64,000 nucleotides of DNA. Source: a virus (taxonomy: Duplodnaviria > Caudoviricetes). Below are positions 9,127 through 20,690 of the stretch, in pieces. The stretch's first letter is position 1. Each line of letters starts with the position of its first letter. The stretch lies in IMG/VR virus record IMGVR_UViG_3300006133_000325. The stretch is one strand, 5' to 3'. The translations under genes were made by a program, and so were the position numbers. The notes beneath the pieces were generated by a model. The model worked only from the letters and a program-made list of their open reading frames with translations. It had not been told where the DNA came from and did no database searches.

Positions 9127-9166
9127 ATAAGACAAGTGATATGAATTCATTTGTCTTATTTTTTTT
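9127..9166 (+). terminator. Intrinsic terminator
   Basis: gataagacaa..ttgtcttatt stem plus T run. Confidence 0.65.
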
Positions 9167-10349
9167 GAGAATTACAAAACATCGCGATATATTACTACTC
9201 TCTCACTTCCTTTAAATGCAAAAAATATCCTATATCTCCAAATTTTCATAGAAGAAATAATTCAAAAGAAAAATTTATATACATACTCAAAGACTACCGT
9301 CTGAAGCAAAAGAAAAAGATATCCACCTGTGAAGGGAAGATATATTTATACTCAAAGATTATCGTTTGATATAAAACTGCCGGGTATCTAATGGTCTATA
9401 AGAAGAAAATATATCCATGCTCATAAACATGTCTTATCTAACTGCAGAATAATTTTAGGAAATCAATCTTCCTAAACTGAATTTTTTTATAAGGAAAAAT
9501 ATAGGTTTTTGAGCGTAAGTCTTAACATAAAAAAGTAGTAAAAATATAATATTGAATAACTTATAGCAGGTAGCCAATAAAGTGGAAAAAGAACCCAGAA
9601 GGGAGAAATATTATATATCTATATCTAATTATATCAACAAGGCAGCGTAGAATGAGATATAAACAGAGAAACAGATATCTTTTTCTTTTACAGGAAAGAA
9701 GGTAGTCAACTTTTATCTAAGATCGATATTTACAGGCATACGAGAGAAAAAGCAAGGTGCCGGATGGCATAATATAAACGTACCGTCTGCCAATAGTTGC
9801 TCAATAAAGAGAGAAATGTATACGTGTTTATAGATATCAAAAAGATATTATCATATTTCCTCTATAAAGGAAAGAAAGAGATTTTTATTTATATAGGTAT
9901 TGGCATTGACGGCAGTTTTGTTTCCTGTCTCACGCTTATATAGTGCCATGCGGCATCTGTTTTTCCTCTCTTATTGCTTACTGGCTACCCGTAAGGTTAT
10001 ACAGGACATTAGATAGAGAGTTTCTATTTATTGTTACAGGCTACACGGCAGTTTTTTCTATACCAATAGATACAATATATATATTTTCCTTCCCTTTCTT
10101 CTGGTTATTGGATACCCGATTGTGCTACAGGGAACGGCAGGTTGTGAGGTGAAAATTTATCCTCAAGATAAAAAACAACAAATTTTAAAATATATATCTA
10201 TATTAATATATATAGTAATCTTACAAATAAGATCTATAAATATTAATATATATATCTTATTTCTGTTCAGTTTACACCCATAAATGTGGTGTCTACTGAA
10301 CGGGTGTCACTTTAGTGACAACATACAAGAAATAATGGAGAATTTAATC

Positions 10350-11114
10350 ATGAAAAACAAAGAGTATTTTACAAAAATCCCAAATAAATACATTCAATGT
10401 GATATTAGAAAAAAATTTGGGATAAACAGAAAGTTCTATGTTACCTACATATTACTGGACAAGTACCGCTCATATGAAGGGTATAGTTGGATTACGATTG
10501 ATAAGATTTTTAAATTTTATGGATATAAAAAAACTATTAAAAAACCAAAAGCATTTAAAGAAGTATTAGATATACTGAAATACCTTACACAAAAAAGAAT
10601 GATAGAAATAAAACAAAACTTATCTTCTATCTCATATGATACTGGAATTGAAATTAAAATCATACCAGAAAATTTTTGCCCTACTGGTAATTTTACAAAA
10701 CTATCATCTACGCAATTCAATACAATTATGATGGCAGATTTGGAATTAAACAAAGAAAATATCCTTATGACGTTCCTTTATATTAACTCATATATAGGAA
10801 ATAATACAAAAATTACAGGCAATCGTGGTTTTGGGAACACAAAAAAGTATCCTAAAGCTTTTTGGGGAAGTATTGAAAATATGGCAAAAGATTTATCTAT
10901 GTCAAAAAATACAATTAACAAATGCTTACAATATTTAACTAATCCACAAAATGGGTTGCCAGCTCTTCTTATAAAGAAAGATACTAAGGACTTGCTGGTA
11001 AGTGGTATAACATTGCCACAACTCATTCCAAATATCTATGTTTTAAATAAAGACGGATACGAAAATGAAATCGCATTGGCGAAACAGAAAATAATAGAGC
11101 AATATCAAAAGTAG
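10350..11114 (+). CDS. Hypothetical phage protein with HTH-like segment
   Basis: SIENMAKDLSMSKNTINKCLQYL; start MKNKEY after GGAG. Confidence 0.6.
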   Translation: MKNKEYFTKIPNKYIQCDIRKKFGINRKFYVTYILLDKYRSYEGYSWITIDKIFKFYGYKKTIKKPKAFKEVLDILKYLTQKRMIEIKQNLSSISYDTGIEIKIIPENFCPTGNFTKLSSTQFNTIMMADLELNKENILMTFLYINSYIGNNTKITGNRGFGNTKKYPKAFWGSIENMAKDLSMSKNTINKCLQYLTNPQNGLPALLIKKDTKDLLVSGITLPQLIPNIYVLNKDGYENEIALAKQKIIEQYQK

Positions 11115-11225
11115 TCAAATGACGAAAAAATAAAAGAGCATTAAACAGAGAAGTACGGGATAGAAGCTCCCACTCTTCTATCCTTGCAACTATAAAAATT
11201 TCAAAATAAGGAAGGAACTAACACT

Positions 11226-11900
11226 ATGAATGAATCATTATTTATAGAAAACAAGGAAGCAAGAAATGAGTATGTGAAATACTATGAAGTTTTGGAAAAG
11301 GTAAAAGAATTATTATTGATTCCAGAACTTGAAGTCATGACAACAGAACAAGTAGCTAAGTACTATGAAGTAGAATATGATGCAATTAAAAAAATATCAC
11401 AACGAAACGAAGAAGAATTGAAAAGTGATGGAATGTATCTCGAAAAAGCCGAAAATTTTCTAAAGGTACAAAATGTCTCTTTGGAAAAAGAGCTGAATAA
11501 AACCATCTTGATATACGATAATGGGATAACATTTTCAGTAACCAATAGAGGTTTGAAGGTTTTTCCACGAAGAGCAATTCTACGTATTGGAATGCTACTT
11601 AGAGATTCAAGAGTAGCTAAAGAAGTCAGAACACAATTACTTAATATTGAAGAAAAAGCCTCCAAAGATACTAAAGTCCAAGACATCAACGAGGAACAGT
11701 CTCTCATGTTAGCAGTTGGTATGGCCGTTGCCAGTGGAGATGCTGCAGCAGTTGCCGTTGCATCCGCCAATTTAATAGAATTCAAAAACAGACATATTAA
11801 ACGGTTAGAAAATGACAACAAAGCACTCTCCGCCGGAATTTTGGAATGGAGTGATAGAAAGAAACTCAATGCAGGCGTAAGAAAACTGGCATCTGTGTAA
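11226..11900 (+). CDS. Phage DNA-binding/antirepressor-like protein, C-terminus apparently frameshifted
   Basis: VMTTEQVAKYYEV..RAILRIGMLLRDS; protein-like KQRGNSPYIQWVKE.. continues in another frame after the stop. Confidence 0.55.
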   Translation: MNESLFIENKEARNEYVKYYEVLEKVKELLLIPELEVMTTEQVAKYYEVEYDAIKKISQRNEEELKSDGMYLEKAENFLKVQNVSLEKELNKTILIYDNGITFSVTNRGLKVFPRRAILRIGMLLRDSRVAKEVRTQLLNIEEKASKDTKVQDINEEQSLMLAVGMAVASGDAAAVAVASANLIEFKNRHIKRLENDNKALSAGILEWSDRKKLNAGVRKLASV

Positions 11901-12123
11901 AGCAGCGTGGTAATTCACCGTACATACAATGGGTAAAGGAAAAGGAATGGGACAAAGTGGTCAAAACTTTCTGTGCAATGTGTGAGGCTTATAACCAATC
12001 ACCAACAGAAATATTTCAGCAAATCACTCCTTTGGACAAACTAAAAAAACAAATAGAGAAGTATAGGTTGGAGGGAAACCTCCAACCAAAGAAACATATC
12101 ATTTTTAAAAGAAAGGAAGTTAA

Positions 12124-13189
12124 AATGCAGGAATTAAAGAAAGAAGGAAAAATTAAAGTATCAGAATTAACGCCACATCCAAAGAATAATTACTATTTTG
12201 ATGATATGGAAGGGGATTCCTGGGATTCACTATTGCAATCCATTAGCACATCTGGAATTACCAATGCCATTACAATTACGGATAAAAAAGTAATTATTAG
12301 CGGACATCAAAGAGTACGAGCCTGTAAAGTATTAGGAATTGAAGAAATATCTTATAAGATGATTCATTATGAGAACGAAGAAAATGAGATTAAGGATTTA
12401 ATTGAATCGAATCTACGTCAGAGAGTTCTTGGTAACACAAATCCCGTGAAGCTTGGAAAATGCTTTACATTTTTAAATGAGTACTATGGGATTCAAAATG
12501 GTGGGGACAGAAAATCAGATGCAAAAATTTTGCATCTGAAAAATAAAGAGAATCCAAACACACAATCAGAATTAGCAGACTCTTATGGAATTTCTCACCA
12601 AACCATGAACAACTATATGCGACTTGCTAATACCATCCCAGAATTAGAAGACTTAATTGATACTGGTATTGTAACAAAAGATACCGCACTTGCTATGATT
12701 CGTAATTTGTCCGATGAAGAACAGTTAGAACTCATCTCCTCTTTAGATACAACAAAGAGGATAACAAAGAAACAAATGGAGAAGTATATAGAGGAAATTA
12801 AATCCTTAAAGGAAAATCCGCCAAAACCGCAAGATTACGAATCCACCAAAAGGCAACTACAAAATTACCAATCAGATTACGCCGATTTGAAAAGGCAATT
12901 TGATAACAATATGAAAGAGCTGCAAAATTTAAAGAAACAAATAGAAACTATGAATGACAATTCGCCCTATACCCAGTACGAAAAAAAGTTGAAAGATTCT
13001 TCTCTTCTCTTCTGTTCAAAGGTTGCAACATTTATTGAACAAGTCGGCGGTTATGCTTGGCTGATTGATAAAATCAATGAAATTCCTGAATTAGAAAGAG
13101 AAGGATATATTAAGTCTATTCATGTAATCAAATCATGGGCAGATACTATGGAATACAATATTAATAACAAAACAAAGGAGATTGAATAA
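12124..13189 (+). CDS. ParB N-terminal domain protein with HTH and coiled coil
   Basis: LTPHPKN..IISGHQRVRA..LIESNLRQR; AAGGAAG RBS before ATG 12124. Confidence 0.85.
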
Positions 13190-13191
13190 TT

Positions 13192-13701
13192 ATGGCAAAG
13201 AATTATGAAGAAATTATGGAGATTCTTGGAACAACCGTAGAGGTAGTCAACAAAAACACGTCAGATACTTCTGTTATTTTAGAAGATCTTAAACAACAAA
13301 AAGCATTACTTGGTGGACTTTCACGAAATATTGAAGGTATGAATACTTCCATTAACAATATAAATAATGAGATAGAACGGTTAAAACTAAACGAAGAAGT
13401 AACTACTACACAGCAAGAATCAATTACATCGGCAGCAAGAAAAAGGCTTTATGAAATACTCGGTGATGATCGGCTTGAATGGAAAAAATATGCTGCAACT
13501 TTCTTTCACAGCTTATATAAAGATACAAGAAAATATGCAGGGCTTGGTTCAAGGATTTCCAGGACAAGAAAGGGCGATTTTCAAAGATGTATTGATTACA
13601 TAGAGGCATGGATTCCGAGCTGCGGTTTTGCAGAATTAAGAGCAAGGGCAGATAAAAATGCTGCAGCACGAGTTAAAGCAAGAGAATTAGGATATGAATA
13701 A
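13192..13701 (+). CDS. Coiled-coil/ORF6C-like protein
   Basis: C-terminal FFHSLYKD..FQRCIDYIEAW pattern. Confidence 0.5.
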   Translation: MAKNYEEIMEILGTTVEVVNKNTSDTSVILEDLKQQKALLGGLSRNIEGMNTSINNINNEIERLKLNEEVTTTQQESITSAARKRLYEILGDDRLEWKKYAATFFHSLYKDTRKYAGLGSRISRTRKGDFQRCIDYIEAWIPSCGFAELRARADKNAAARVKARELGYE

Positions 13702-14155
13702 TTCTATAAAATCAATATCTATTAGGAATGAAAAAACTTATAAGTAAGATTCCGAATAAAGAAATATATACTATGTCACTCATATAAGTCAATTCTTAAC
13801 GGCAATTACTGATATTGTTATCAGCTTAGTTTACGTTGCAATAGTTCTGAAACGCACCAAATTATCATATCGGTAATTGCCTATTTTGTTAATAGAACTT
13901 TGGTTTAAATGTAGAAGCATATGTTATGGGAGGGAATACACACATTTATAATCCCATAATTAGAAGAAGAAAAATTCTTCTGGTCGTCTCTTAGGCCGAC
14001 TGGAGAAGCTTCCGTAAGACTCATCTTATGAGCGGGAAGAACACTCCTAGAACGAGTTACTATAAGTATACCTAGCCAATAGGGTTATGAGTATTGGCGT
14101 TTCATACATGTTTGAAGTGTAGGAAGCATATGTGACTGGTAATGTTTGCCAAAGT

Positions 14156-14380
14156 GACTTACGCGCATGTGTGGGATGAGAGAGACGGGAGGATTTGGTG
14201 ATTACCATTGAACGGTGAAGCGACTTACACGCATGTATGGGATGAGAGACTTGGACGCCTTTAAACTTGCCTTATTCCTTTGTAGCAAATTACGTACATA
14301 TATGGAATGAAAATTATCTTCCGTGACGGGAATTCCCGTCACGCTCTAGGAAAGTAATACACGCATACATGGAATGATAG
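14156..14380 (+). CRISPR. Degenerate CRISPR-like mini-array, 4 repeats, no cas genes
   Basis: GACTTACRCGCATGTRTGGGATGAGAG at 14156 and 14222, diverged copies at 14287 and 14354; period 65-67 nt; unique spacers. Confidence 0.4.
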
Positions 14381-14457
14381 TAAAAGCAAATAACTAATTG
14401 ACCATAAAAAATAATCTATAAATAATTAAAAATCGAAAAGGAGAATGATATTAAAGA

Positions 14458-15033
14458 ATGACAAGGAATTGTAACACAAGAAATTATAGTATTGACCGTT
14501 CTGTTTTTGGAGGAGAAATTGATATTGAAGATTTCAATACTACTCTCCCCTCCAAAAATAGAATTCATAATCAGGTAGATGCGCTAAACCTAAAGACAAA
14601 GTTAGTAGAAGAAAATAATAAACGAAAGGAACACGAAATGCTAAAAAACATGACATTAGAAGAACTAAGAGAGATGAAACTTATATCCAATACAAACGGG
14701 CGTCCAGTAGATGGATTAACTGATGAGAAATGGCAAAGAGAATTCCAAATCAGAAAACTTTTTGTTTCGCCATATAAAGAACCAAAGAGACAAATGGGAG
14801 GGAAATATTCAAGAGATGTTATAAAATGGGATGAAGAAAAAGATGGTATCTACCATGGAATGACACATTGGCAAAGGTATTGTCAATATATCAATAGCAT
14901 TCTCTCTTCTATCCGAAGCGGGCAAATAGATTATTGTTATTACATCTATCAAATCATAGATCTTTTAAAATTCCACTATGATACTTTGCAAACAAAATAT
15001 TGTGATGGGTATTGGGAGGTATGGTTAAAGTGA
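14458..15033 (+). CDS. Hypothetical phage protein
   Basis: 191-aa ORF with AAGGAG RBS. Confidence 0.6.
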   Translation: MTRNCNTRNYSIDRSVFGGEIDIEDFNTTLPSKNRIHNQVDALNLKTKLVEENNKRKEHEMLKNMTLEELREMKLISNTNGRPVDGLTDEKWQREFQIRKLFVSPYKEPKRQMGGKYSRDVIKWDEEKDGIYHGMTHWQRYCQYINSILSSIRSGQIDYCYYIYQIIDLLKFHYDTLQTKYCDGYWEVWLK

Positions 15034-15476
15034 CAATAAGTAAAACCGATTATAAATACTTTGATAAAGCAAGACGAGCCGCCAACATATCAGATTACCA
15101 TAAAACACATATTGGTTGTATCGCCGTGTATCAAGGAGATATTATCGGAATTGGATGTAATTGCAATAAAACACATCCTATACAGAAAAAATATAATAGG
15201 TATCGGGATTTGCACGAAGATAATGGCGTAGAGGCTTTGCCTAAGCTACACGCAGAAATTAGCTGCCTTAATGCTATCAGGAATCTTGATATAAATTTTA
15301 CGAAAGTAAAAGTATACATATATCGAATACGGAAAGATCAGCTTTTCGGGATTTCCCGTCCCTGCCCATCCTGTATGGCTGCTATAAAGGATTTGGGTAT
15401 TACAGATGTCTTTTACACTACAAATGATGGATACGTCCATGAGCAACTACAAAATTCTAAAGTCGGAGGTAAATAG
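15012..15476 (+). CDS. Zn-dependent cytidine/dCMP deaminase-family protein
   Basis: HAE and PCPSC motifs. Confidence 0.85.
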   Translation: MGGMVKVTISKTDYKYFDKARRAANISDYHKTHIGCIAVYQGDIIGIGCNCNKTHPIQKKYNRYRDLHEDNGVEALPKLHAEISCLNAIRNLDINFTKVKVYIYRIRKDQLFGISRPCPSCMAAIKDLGITDVFYTTNDGYVHEQLQNSKVGGK

Positions 15477-15757
15477 TGAAAAACATAATCCATGAAATTA
15501 AAGGACTCCTCGGAAAATATGAACCAAACTACGAGTATTGGATTAATAGAGAAAAAATTAAGGTAAATCCAGATTGGAGAAAAACCAAGATTGGTAAACA
15601 GAAATTCAGTAGAAAAATCCAACATTGGTACAAAACTGGCAATTTTGCATCTCCTATTATCTTGGATAAAGATTTTAATTTGATAGATGGATACTCCAGT
15701 GTTGTTATCACTGAGTTAAAGAATCTTGAGCGTGTACCAGTATATTTTATTGATTGA
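15476..15757 (+). CDS. Small ParB-like protein
   Basis: SPIILDKDFNLIDGY motif. Confidence 0.55.
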   Translation: MKNIIHEIKGLLGKYEPNYEYWINREKIKVNPDWRKTKIGKQKFSRKIQHWYKTGNFASPIILDKDFNLIDGYSSVVITELKNLERVPVYFID

Positions 15758-15786
15758 ATATAGAAAGGAAATATATAGGGAGGTGA

Positions 15787-18558
15787 GTGAATATAGCAAA
15801 ACAAAAATCATGTCACAAGTTTATTTACAAGCTGACAAGTAAACGATTAAAACAAGCAAATTGGAACCTGACTCTTCCTCTTAAAACGGCTATGAATAAT
15901 CAAACTGACATCATAGCACTTAATGACAGCCAAATACTAAGATGGATTTGTGAATTAAATAGAATTGAGAATCTTGATGAAGAAGTATCGCATATACAAA
16001 AAGAAATCAGGCATATTAAAAAGCAGCCAAAAAATATCGAAAATAGAAACAGGATACAATCACTCTATGACAGACTATATTCATTACAATATCAAAAGGA
16101 TTACTTTTGTATGATAATGTTATCAGATAAAGATTATGATAGGGCAAATAAGGGTTTTAAAATTAATGGGTACAATTATCGACGTTTACTTGGTACAAAC
16201 GGCGGAATTAAAAAATCTACTATCACCTACATAGGAGAAAATGTTTTTGAAGAAATTGTCAAGAGAATGGAAAATGGTAGGGATAAAACTAAACCAATTA
16301 TTCCAGCGAAACTAGAAGCATACCAAGCTTTAATTTGTAGTGCCTCTATTCCTGTAACTATGCCAAGAATATTGATAGTACAAGACTGCAATGTTTCTTT
16401 TAAGGAAGATGTATTAAAAATCAGTGATGAATGTGATGGAGAACCAGAAATTACTTATGAAAAGGATTTTGAAATAGATTATTGTGATTCGGATGGTTAC
16501 GGACTTATGTCTCCCAGTTATTCTCGTATTGTCAATAAAGATTTATATGGAGAAGAATCAGAATACTTAACAATATCCGGAATCAATACCAGATATGCCT
16601 GGACAAAGGGAATGTTATTCACTTTTGACTTTGTTGAATTTGCTAGGCAGCTTAATAACGGAAATTATATAGTAAAAGACGCATGGGGAACCTGTCGGGA
16701 TGTACGCGATTACGATGTTATCCTTACTACTTCTATGGTAAAGCTTTGGGATTCCTATAAAAGCCTTGAGCATTTTATAGATTGCTGCAATGAAAACCAC
16801 TACGAATTTTCTGTTGCGAAATCCACGCCACACAAGCTTGAAAATACTAGGAATGCAAATTATCAATTCTTACAAACCTACGAACTAACAGATGGAGAAT
16901 TATATGAATTATGCAAACCAACTATTGATGAAGTCAAAGATGTACTAGGAAATGATTGGAGGAAAAGCATTGTTTTTGCAAAAGGAATGTATCTTGATGA
17001 CAACAATGTTGATTACTTAGACAATGACTTTATAAAAGCACTCATGATTGATAAACGCCTTATAAACGATTCGTTTGTAAGAAACAAAATACAATCCATG
17101 ATACAAAAGCGAATTGATATTGCTTCAAAAGGCTCCATTAAACTAGAAGGTAATTTTTCCATTGTATCTGGAGATATGTATTCTCTGGCACAATCTATAT
17201 TTGGTCTTCCCGTAACTGGGCTGCTAAAAGAAGGGGAAGTCTATCATAAATATTGGGTTGACAAACAAGTAAAAGAGATAGCTCTGTTCCGCGCTCCTAT
17301 GACCTGCCATAATAATATCCGGCGTAGAAATGTCGTCCATAATGATGAAATGGATTTCTGGTATCAATATAATACTACTGGCATTATATTAAATTCTTGG
17401 GATACTACATGTGATGCTACGAACGGAAGCGATAAAGACGGCGACATGTTCTTTACTACAAACAATAGAATCATTTTGCAGCACACATTAAATTCTACTA
17501 CGATTGAATGTATGCAAAGAAAAGCAGAAAAAGTAATCCCGTCCGAAGATGACATGGTACAGGCAAACAAGTTAGCATTTGGAGATGAAATAGGCGCTGT
17601 AACAAACCGTATCACAGCAATGATTGAACGCCAATCTTCGTTTAAAAAGGGAAGTGTAGAGTATGAGGTGTTAGATTACCGAATTAAATGCGGGCAGCAT
17701 TTTCAGCAAAACTCTATTGATAAATCAAAAGGGATAATAGCAAAACCTATGCCGAAATATTGGTATGACAGACAAGAGTGTAGGGAACTTCCTGAAAATA
17801 CTGACGAGGAAAAACAATTTAAACAACTATGTTTAAGTATTGTAGCTGATAAACACCCCTATTTCATGAAGTATGTGTATCCAGATCTTATGGCACAATA
17901 CAATAAATACATGAAAGACAGCAATAGTAAATGTATTCGGGAGTTTCATCTTAATATACAGGAACTAATGAAAAAAAAGGAAAAGTCAAAAAAAGAACTG
18001 GAATTTATAGAATACTACCATCGTTTTATGCCAGTTGGAGATAACCCTTGTCTTGTAAATAGAATTTCTTGGATATTTGAAAAAACATTTACACGCTCAG
18101 ATAGAAAGAATCACATACCGAATTTTGATTTTTCTATTTTAAAATCTGAAACAACCTATTCAGAAAAATGTAAATCTGAAATAGAGAAGTTAAAGGCAGA
18201 GTATGACATGTCTCTAAAAAATTTCCAACGTATGGCGAGCAAACACCGACTAAGTAAAGAGGAAATAAACATAAACAAAGAAATTATGCTGCGTAAATTT
18301 AAATCTGCCTGTGAAAGTATTTGTCCTAATGAAAAAGAACTTTGTAACATTATAATTGATATTTGTTATTCTTCTCCAAGTTTAAGGCAATTTGCATGGG
18401 ATATATGTAACGAAACAATTATTGATAACTTACTACATAAGAATAACTATATTATTCATTATCCAGTATTAGTCCCATCCAATGGAGAATTTGAATTTGG
18501 AGGAGAGCAATTTATCATGAAAACAAAAAAAGTAGAGGAGGCTGAAAAAATATTATAA
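15787..18558 (+). CDS. YonO-like single-subunit two-barrel RNA polymerase (RdRP-related)
   Basis: 923 aa; SDGYG, FRAP and catalytic DxDGD (GSDKDGD); SPbeta-like context. Confidence 0.85.
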   Translation: MNIAKQKSCHKFIYKLTSKRLKQANWNLTLPLKTAMNNQTDIIALNDSQILRWICELNRIENLDEEVSHIQKEIRHIKKQPKNIENRNRIQSLYDRLYSLQYQKDYFCMIMLSDKDYDRANKGFKINGYNYRRLLGTNGGIKKSTITYIGENVFEEIVKRMENGRDKTKPIIPAKLEAYQALICSASIPVTMPRILIVQDCNVSFKEDVLKISDECDGEPEITYEKDFEIDYCDSDGYGLMSPSYSRIVNKDLYGEESEYLTISGINTRYAWTKGMLFTFDFVEFARQLNNGNYIVKDAWGTCRDVRDYDVILTTSMVKLWDSYKSLEHFIDCCNENHYEFSVAKSTPHKLENTRNANYQFLQTYELTDGELYELCKPTIDEVKDVLGNDWRKSIVFAKGMYLDDNNVDYLDNDFIKALMIDKRLINDSFVRNKIQSMIQKRIDIASKGSIKLEGNFSIVSGDMYSLAQSIFGLPVTGLLKEGEVYHKYWVDKQVKEIALFRAPMTCHNNIRRRNVVHNDEMDFWYQYNTTGIILNSWDTTCDATNGSDKDGDMFFTTNNRIILQHTLNSTTIECMQRKAEKVIPSEDDMVQANKLAFGDEIGAVTNRITAMIERQSSFKKGSVEYEVLDYRIKCGQHFQQNSIDKSKGIIAKPMPKYWYDRQECRELPENTDEEKQFKQLCLSIVADKHPYFMKYVYPDLMAQYNKYMKDSNSKCIREFHLNIQELMKKKEKSKKELEFIEYYHRFMPVGDNPCLVNRISWIFEKTFTRSDRKNHIPNFDFSILKSETTYSEKCKSEIEKLKAEYDMSLKNFQRMASKHRLSKEEININKEIMLRKFKSACESICPNEKELCNIIIDICYSSPSLRQFAWDICNETIIDNLLHKNNYIIHYPVLVPSNGEFEFGGEQFIMKTKKVEEAEKIL

Positions 18559-19301
18559 TTTTAGATGAAACATCCTATGTAAATAAAGTACTCTCAAATA
18601 AATCTGTCGATCCATCAAAAGCTTATTTATTCCTGAGTACATATGCTAGGTATTTATATCACAAAAGAGGCATGAACAAACAACAAATAATTTGGGAATT
18701 AAATTTCTTTATGGAGAATTGTTATCCGCATTATAATCCCGTAGATTGGTCAGACACCATTGAGAAATATGCAGAAAAAGCAAATAAATACCCATTATGT
18801 GAATGTAAAGGCGTATGGATAACTGAAAAAGAAATTACAGCTATTGAATCACTCCAAAATAAAGTATTGGAAAGACTTGCTTTTACACTACTCTGCCTTG
18901 CTAAATTCAAAAATTTCAAAAATCCAAACAATAGCAACTGGGTTAATTATAGCAATGGAGAAATCTATTCTATGGCATGTATTACTACATCCTCCTTTGA
19001 AAAAGATAATAAATTAAGTATCTTAAAAGAAATGGATATGATAAAGTTTGCAAAGAAAATCGACAACCTGAGTATCCAAGTACTTTATATATATGATGAT
19101 AGTAAGCCTATCTTATTTATTTCAGATTTTAGACGTTTGGGATATGAATGGAGGTTATACAATGGAGAAAAATATATACGGTGTAATAAATGTGGTATCC
19201 TTGTTAAAAACACAAATGGGAAAAGGAAATTATGTAAAGATTGTGCCAAGACAAACAATAAAGAGAAAACTTTAGAGAGGTACTTTAAAAGCAAGATCTA
19301 G
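18552..19301 (+). CDS. Hypothetical protein with C-terminal CxxC..CxxC zinc ribbon
   Basis: Frame open from ATT 18552 behind GAGGAGG; CNKC..CKDC. Confidence 0.65.
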   Translation: MIILDETSYVNKVLSNKSVDPSKAYLFLSTYARYLYHKRGMNKQQIIWELNFFMENCYPHYNPVDWSDTIEKYAEKANKYPLCECKGVWITEKEITAIESLQNKVLERLAFTLLCLAKFKNFKNPNNSNWVNYSNGEIYSMACITTSSFEKDNKLSILKEMDMIKFAKKIDNLSIQVLYIYDDSKPILFISDFRRLGYEWRLYNGEKYIRCNKCGILVKNTNGKRKLCKDCAKTNNKEKTLERYFKSKI

Positions 19302-19542
19302 GAAAATTTTGATTTGCTATTTTTTTACAACAGCCCTCTAAGCCAGTAAATTCAAGGCTTCTAGAGAGCCCATCCCAAAACTGTAATTTTCCTATATGAT
19401 AAGAGAACGTAAAGACTAACACAGAAAAACTATTTCTAACACAAAGTAAAATAGAATCAGAAACATATTTTGATTTGTATAGGTGTCATCTCGTCGGCAG
19501 CCTAGTTTTAAAAAAATATATGATAAAAGGGGAAAACTATAT

Positions 19543-20175
19543 ATGAGAAAAATCAGTATCACAGAAGGGCTTAACGAATTAAAGCTATATGACGCAAAAA
19601 TCATGAAAGCAATTAACACTGCCAAACTAATTGGAGCTGCAAAGAAATCATCTGATAAAGTTGGTGTACTATCTAAAAAAGATTTTGAAAAATATGCAAA
19701 AGCATCTTATCAATCTGTCCAAGATCTTACTGCTAATCGAAATATATTAAAGTCCGCCATTGTGAAATCAAATGCAATTACTACTGCTACTGTGAATAAC
19801 AAAATTATGACAATCGCTGAAATCATTGAACGTAAGAAGTCTATTGCATATGAGAAACTTTTTCTTGATTCTATTAAGTCACAATATACTTCTGCTGTTT
19901 CAACTGTAGATAAGGAAAATAAAAAGGTTGATTTAAAAGTAGATGAACTACTCACGACTTTAGTTGGAAAAGATTCTACTAAGAAAATCAGTCCAGAAGA
20001 ACAGGAAGCAGTTGAACGTCCATATCGTGAAAACAACGAGTACTGTTTAGTCGATCCGCTGAATCTTTACGAGATTATTTCAGATCTAGAAGCAGAAATT
20101 GATGGTTTTCTATCTAATTGTGATACTGCATTAGTATTGTCAAATGCCACTACTTTCATTGAAATTGATTTGTAA
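19543..20175 (+). CDS. Conserved helical hypothetical protein
   Basis: MRKISITEGLNELKLYD..MTIAEIIERK..LVLSNATTFIE; start after AAGGGG. Confidence 0.65.
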   Translation: MRKISITEGLNELKLYDAKIMKAINTAKLIGAAKKSSDKVGVLSKKDFEKYAKASYQSVQDLTANRNILKSAIVKSNAITTATVNNKIMTIAEIIERKKSIAYEKLFLDSIKSQYTSAVSTVDKENKKVDLKVDELLTTLVGKDSTKKISPEEQEAVERPYRENNEYCLVDPLNLYEIISDLEAEIDGFLSNCDTALVLSNATTFIEIDL

Positions 20176-20194
20176 TGTATATTCTAATATATTT

Positions 20195-20510
20195 GTAACT
20201 ATTACGAAAACCTAGTACTTACGTCCCGTGCCGTGTGCGGGTTATCACATGGAAAATAGATTTCAAATATTTGGATTATTTGAATATATAATTTATGGCA
20301 ATTAGAAATAGATTGCTATATTAAAGAAAGGAAAACATTCTTGTAGTTAAAATTCAAAAATCATATTTTAAAACCTTAAAATTTACGTTTCAAAATTCTT
20401 TTTTAACTAAAGTTCAAAGTATAAATACTAAAATTCGATAAAATCCTTGAGTAAGTTTCATGCGTGCTGCGTAATTGACGCTGTGGTTTGTACAAGGCTG
20501 TAATGGCTAC
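20195..20510 (+). ncRNA. Putative ~315-nt structured RNA
   Basis: Ends pair (gtaactattac/gtaatggctac); nested stems; internal AAA(A/G)TTC repeats. Confidence 0.45.
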
Positions 20511-20616
20511 TAAAAAACTCGTTCACTTCGGAAGTTTGTCAAACTTCCATATTTCAATTACAGGTGACGGTACTACTATTCTGGTGGTATCGTCACTTGA
20601 TTTTCTAAAAATATAT

Positions 20617-20690
20617 CGCGGAGTGGAGCAGTCTGGAAGCTCGCTTGGTTCATATCCAAGAAGTCGCGGGTTCAAATCCTGTCTCCGCAA
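20617..20690 (+). tRNA. tRNA-Met(CAT), initiator-like
   Basis: Cloverleaf; CAT at 20651-20653; C1/A72 mismatch; TTCAAAT T-loop; CCA not encoded. Confidence 0.9.

Noticed and set aside
11957-12123. N-terminal extension of the ParB ORF
   Set aside because: Looks like the frameshifted tail of the upstream gene; RBS supports ATG 12124
15787-18558. True RNA-dependent RNA polymerase or RNA replicon
   Set aside because: Context is a dsDNA tailed phage, and the characterised relative YonO is DNA-dependent
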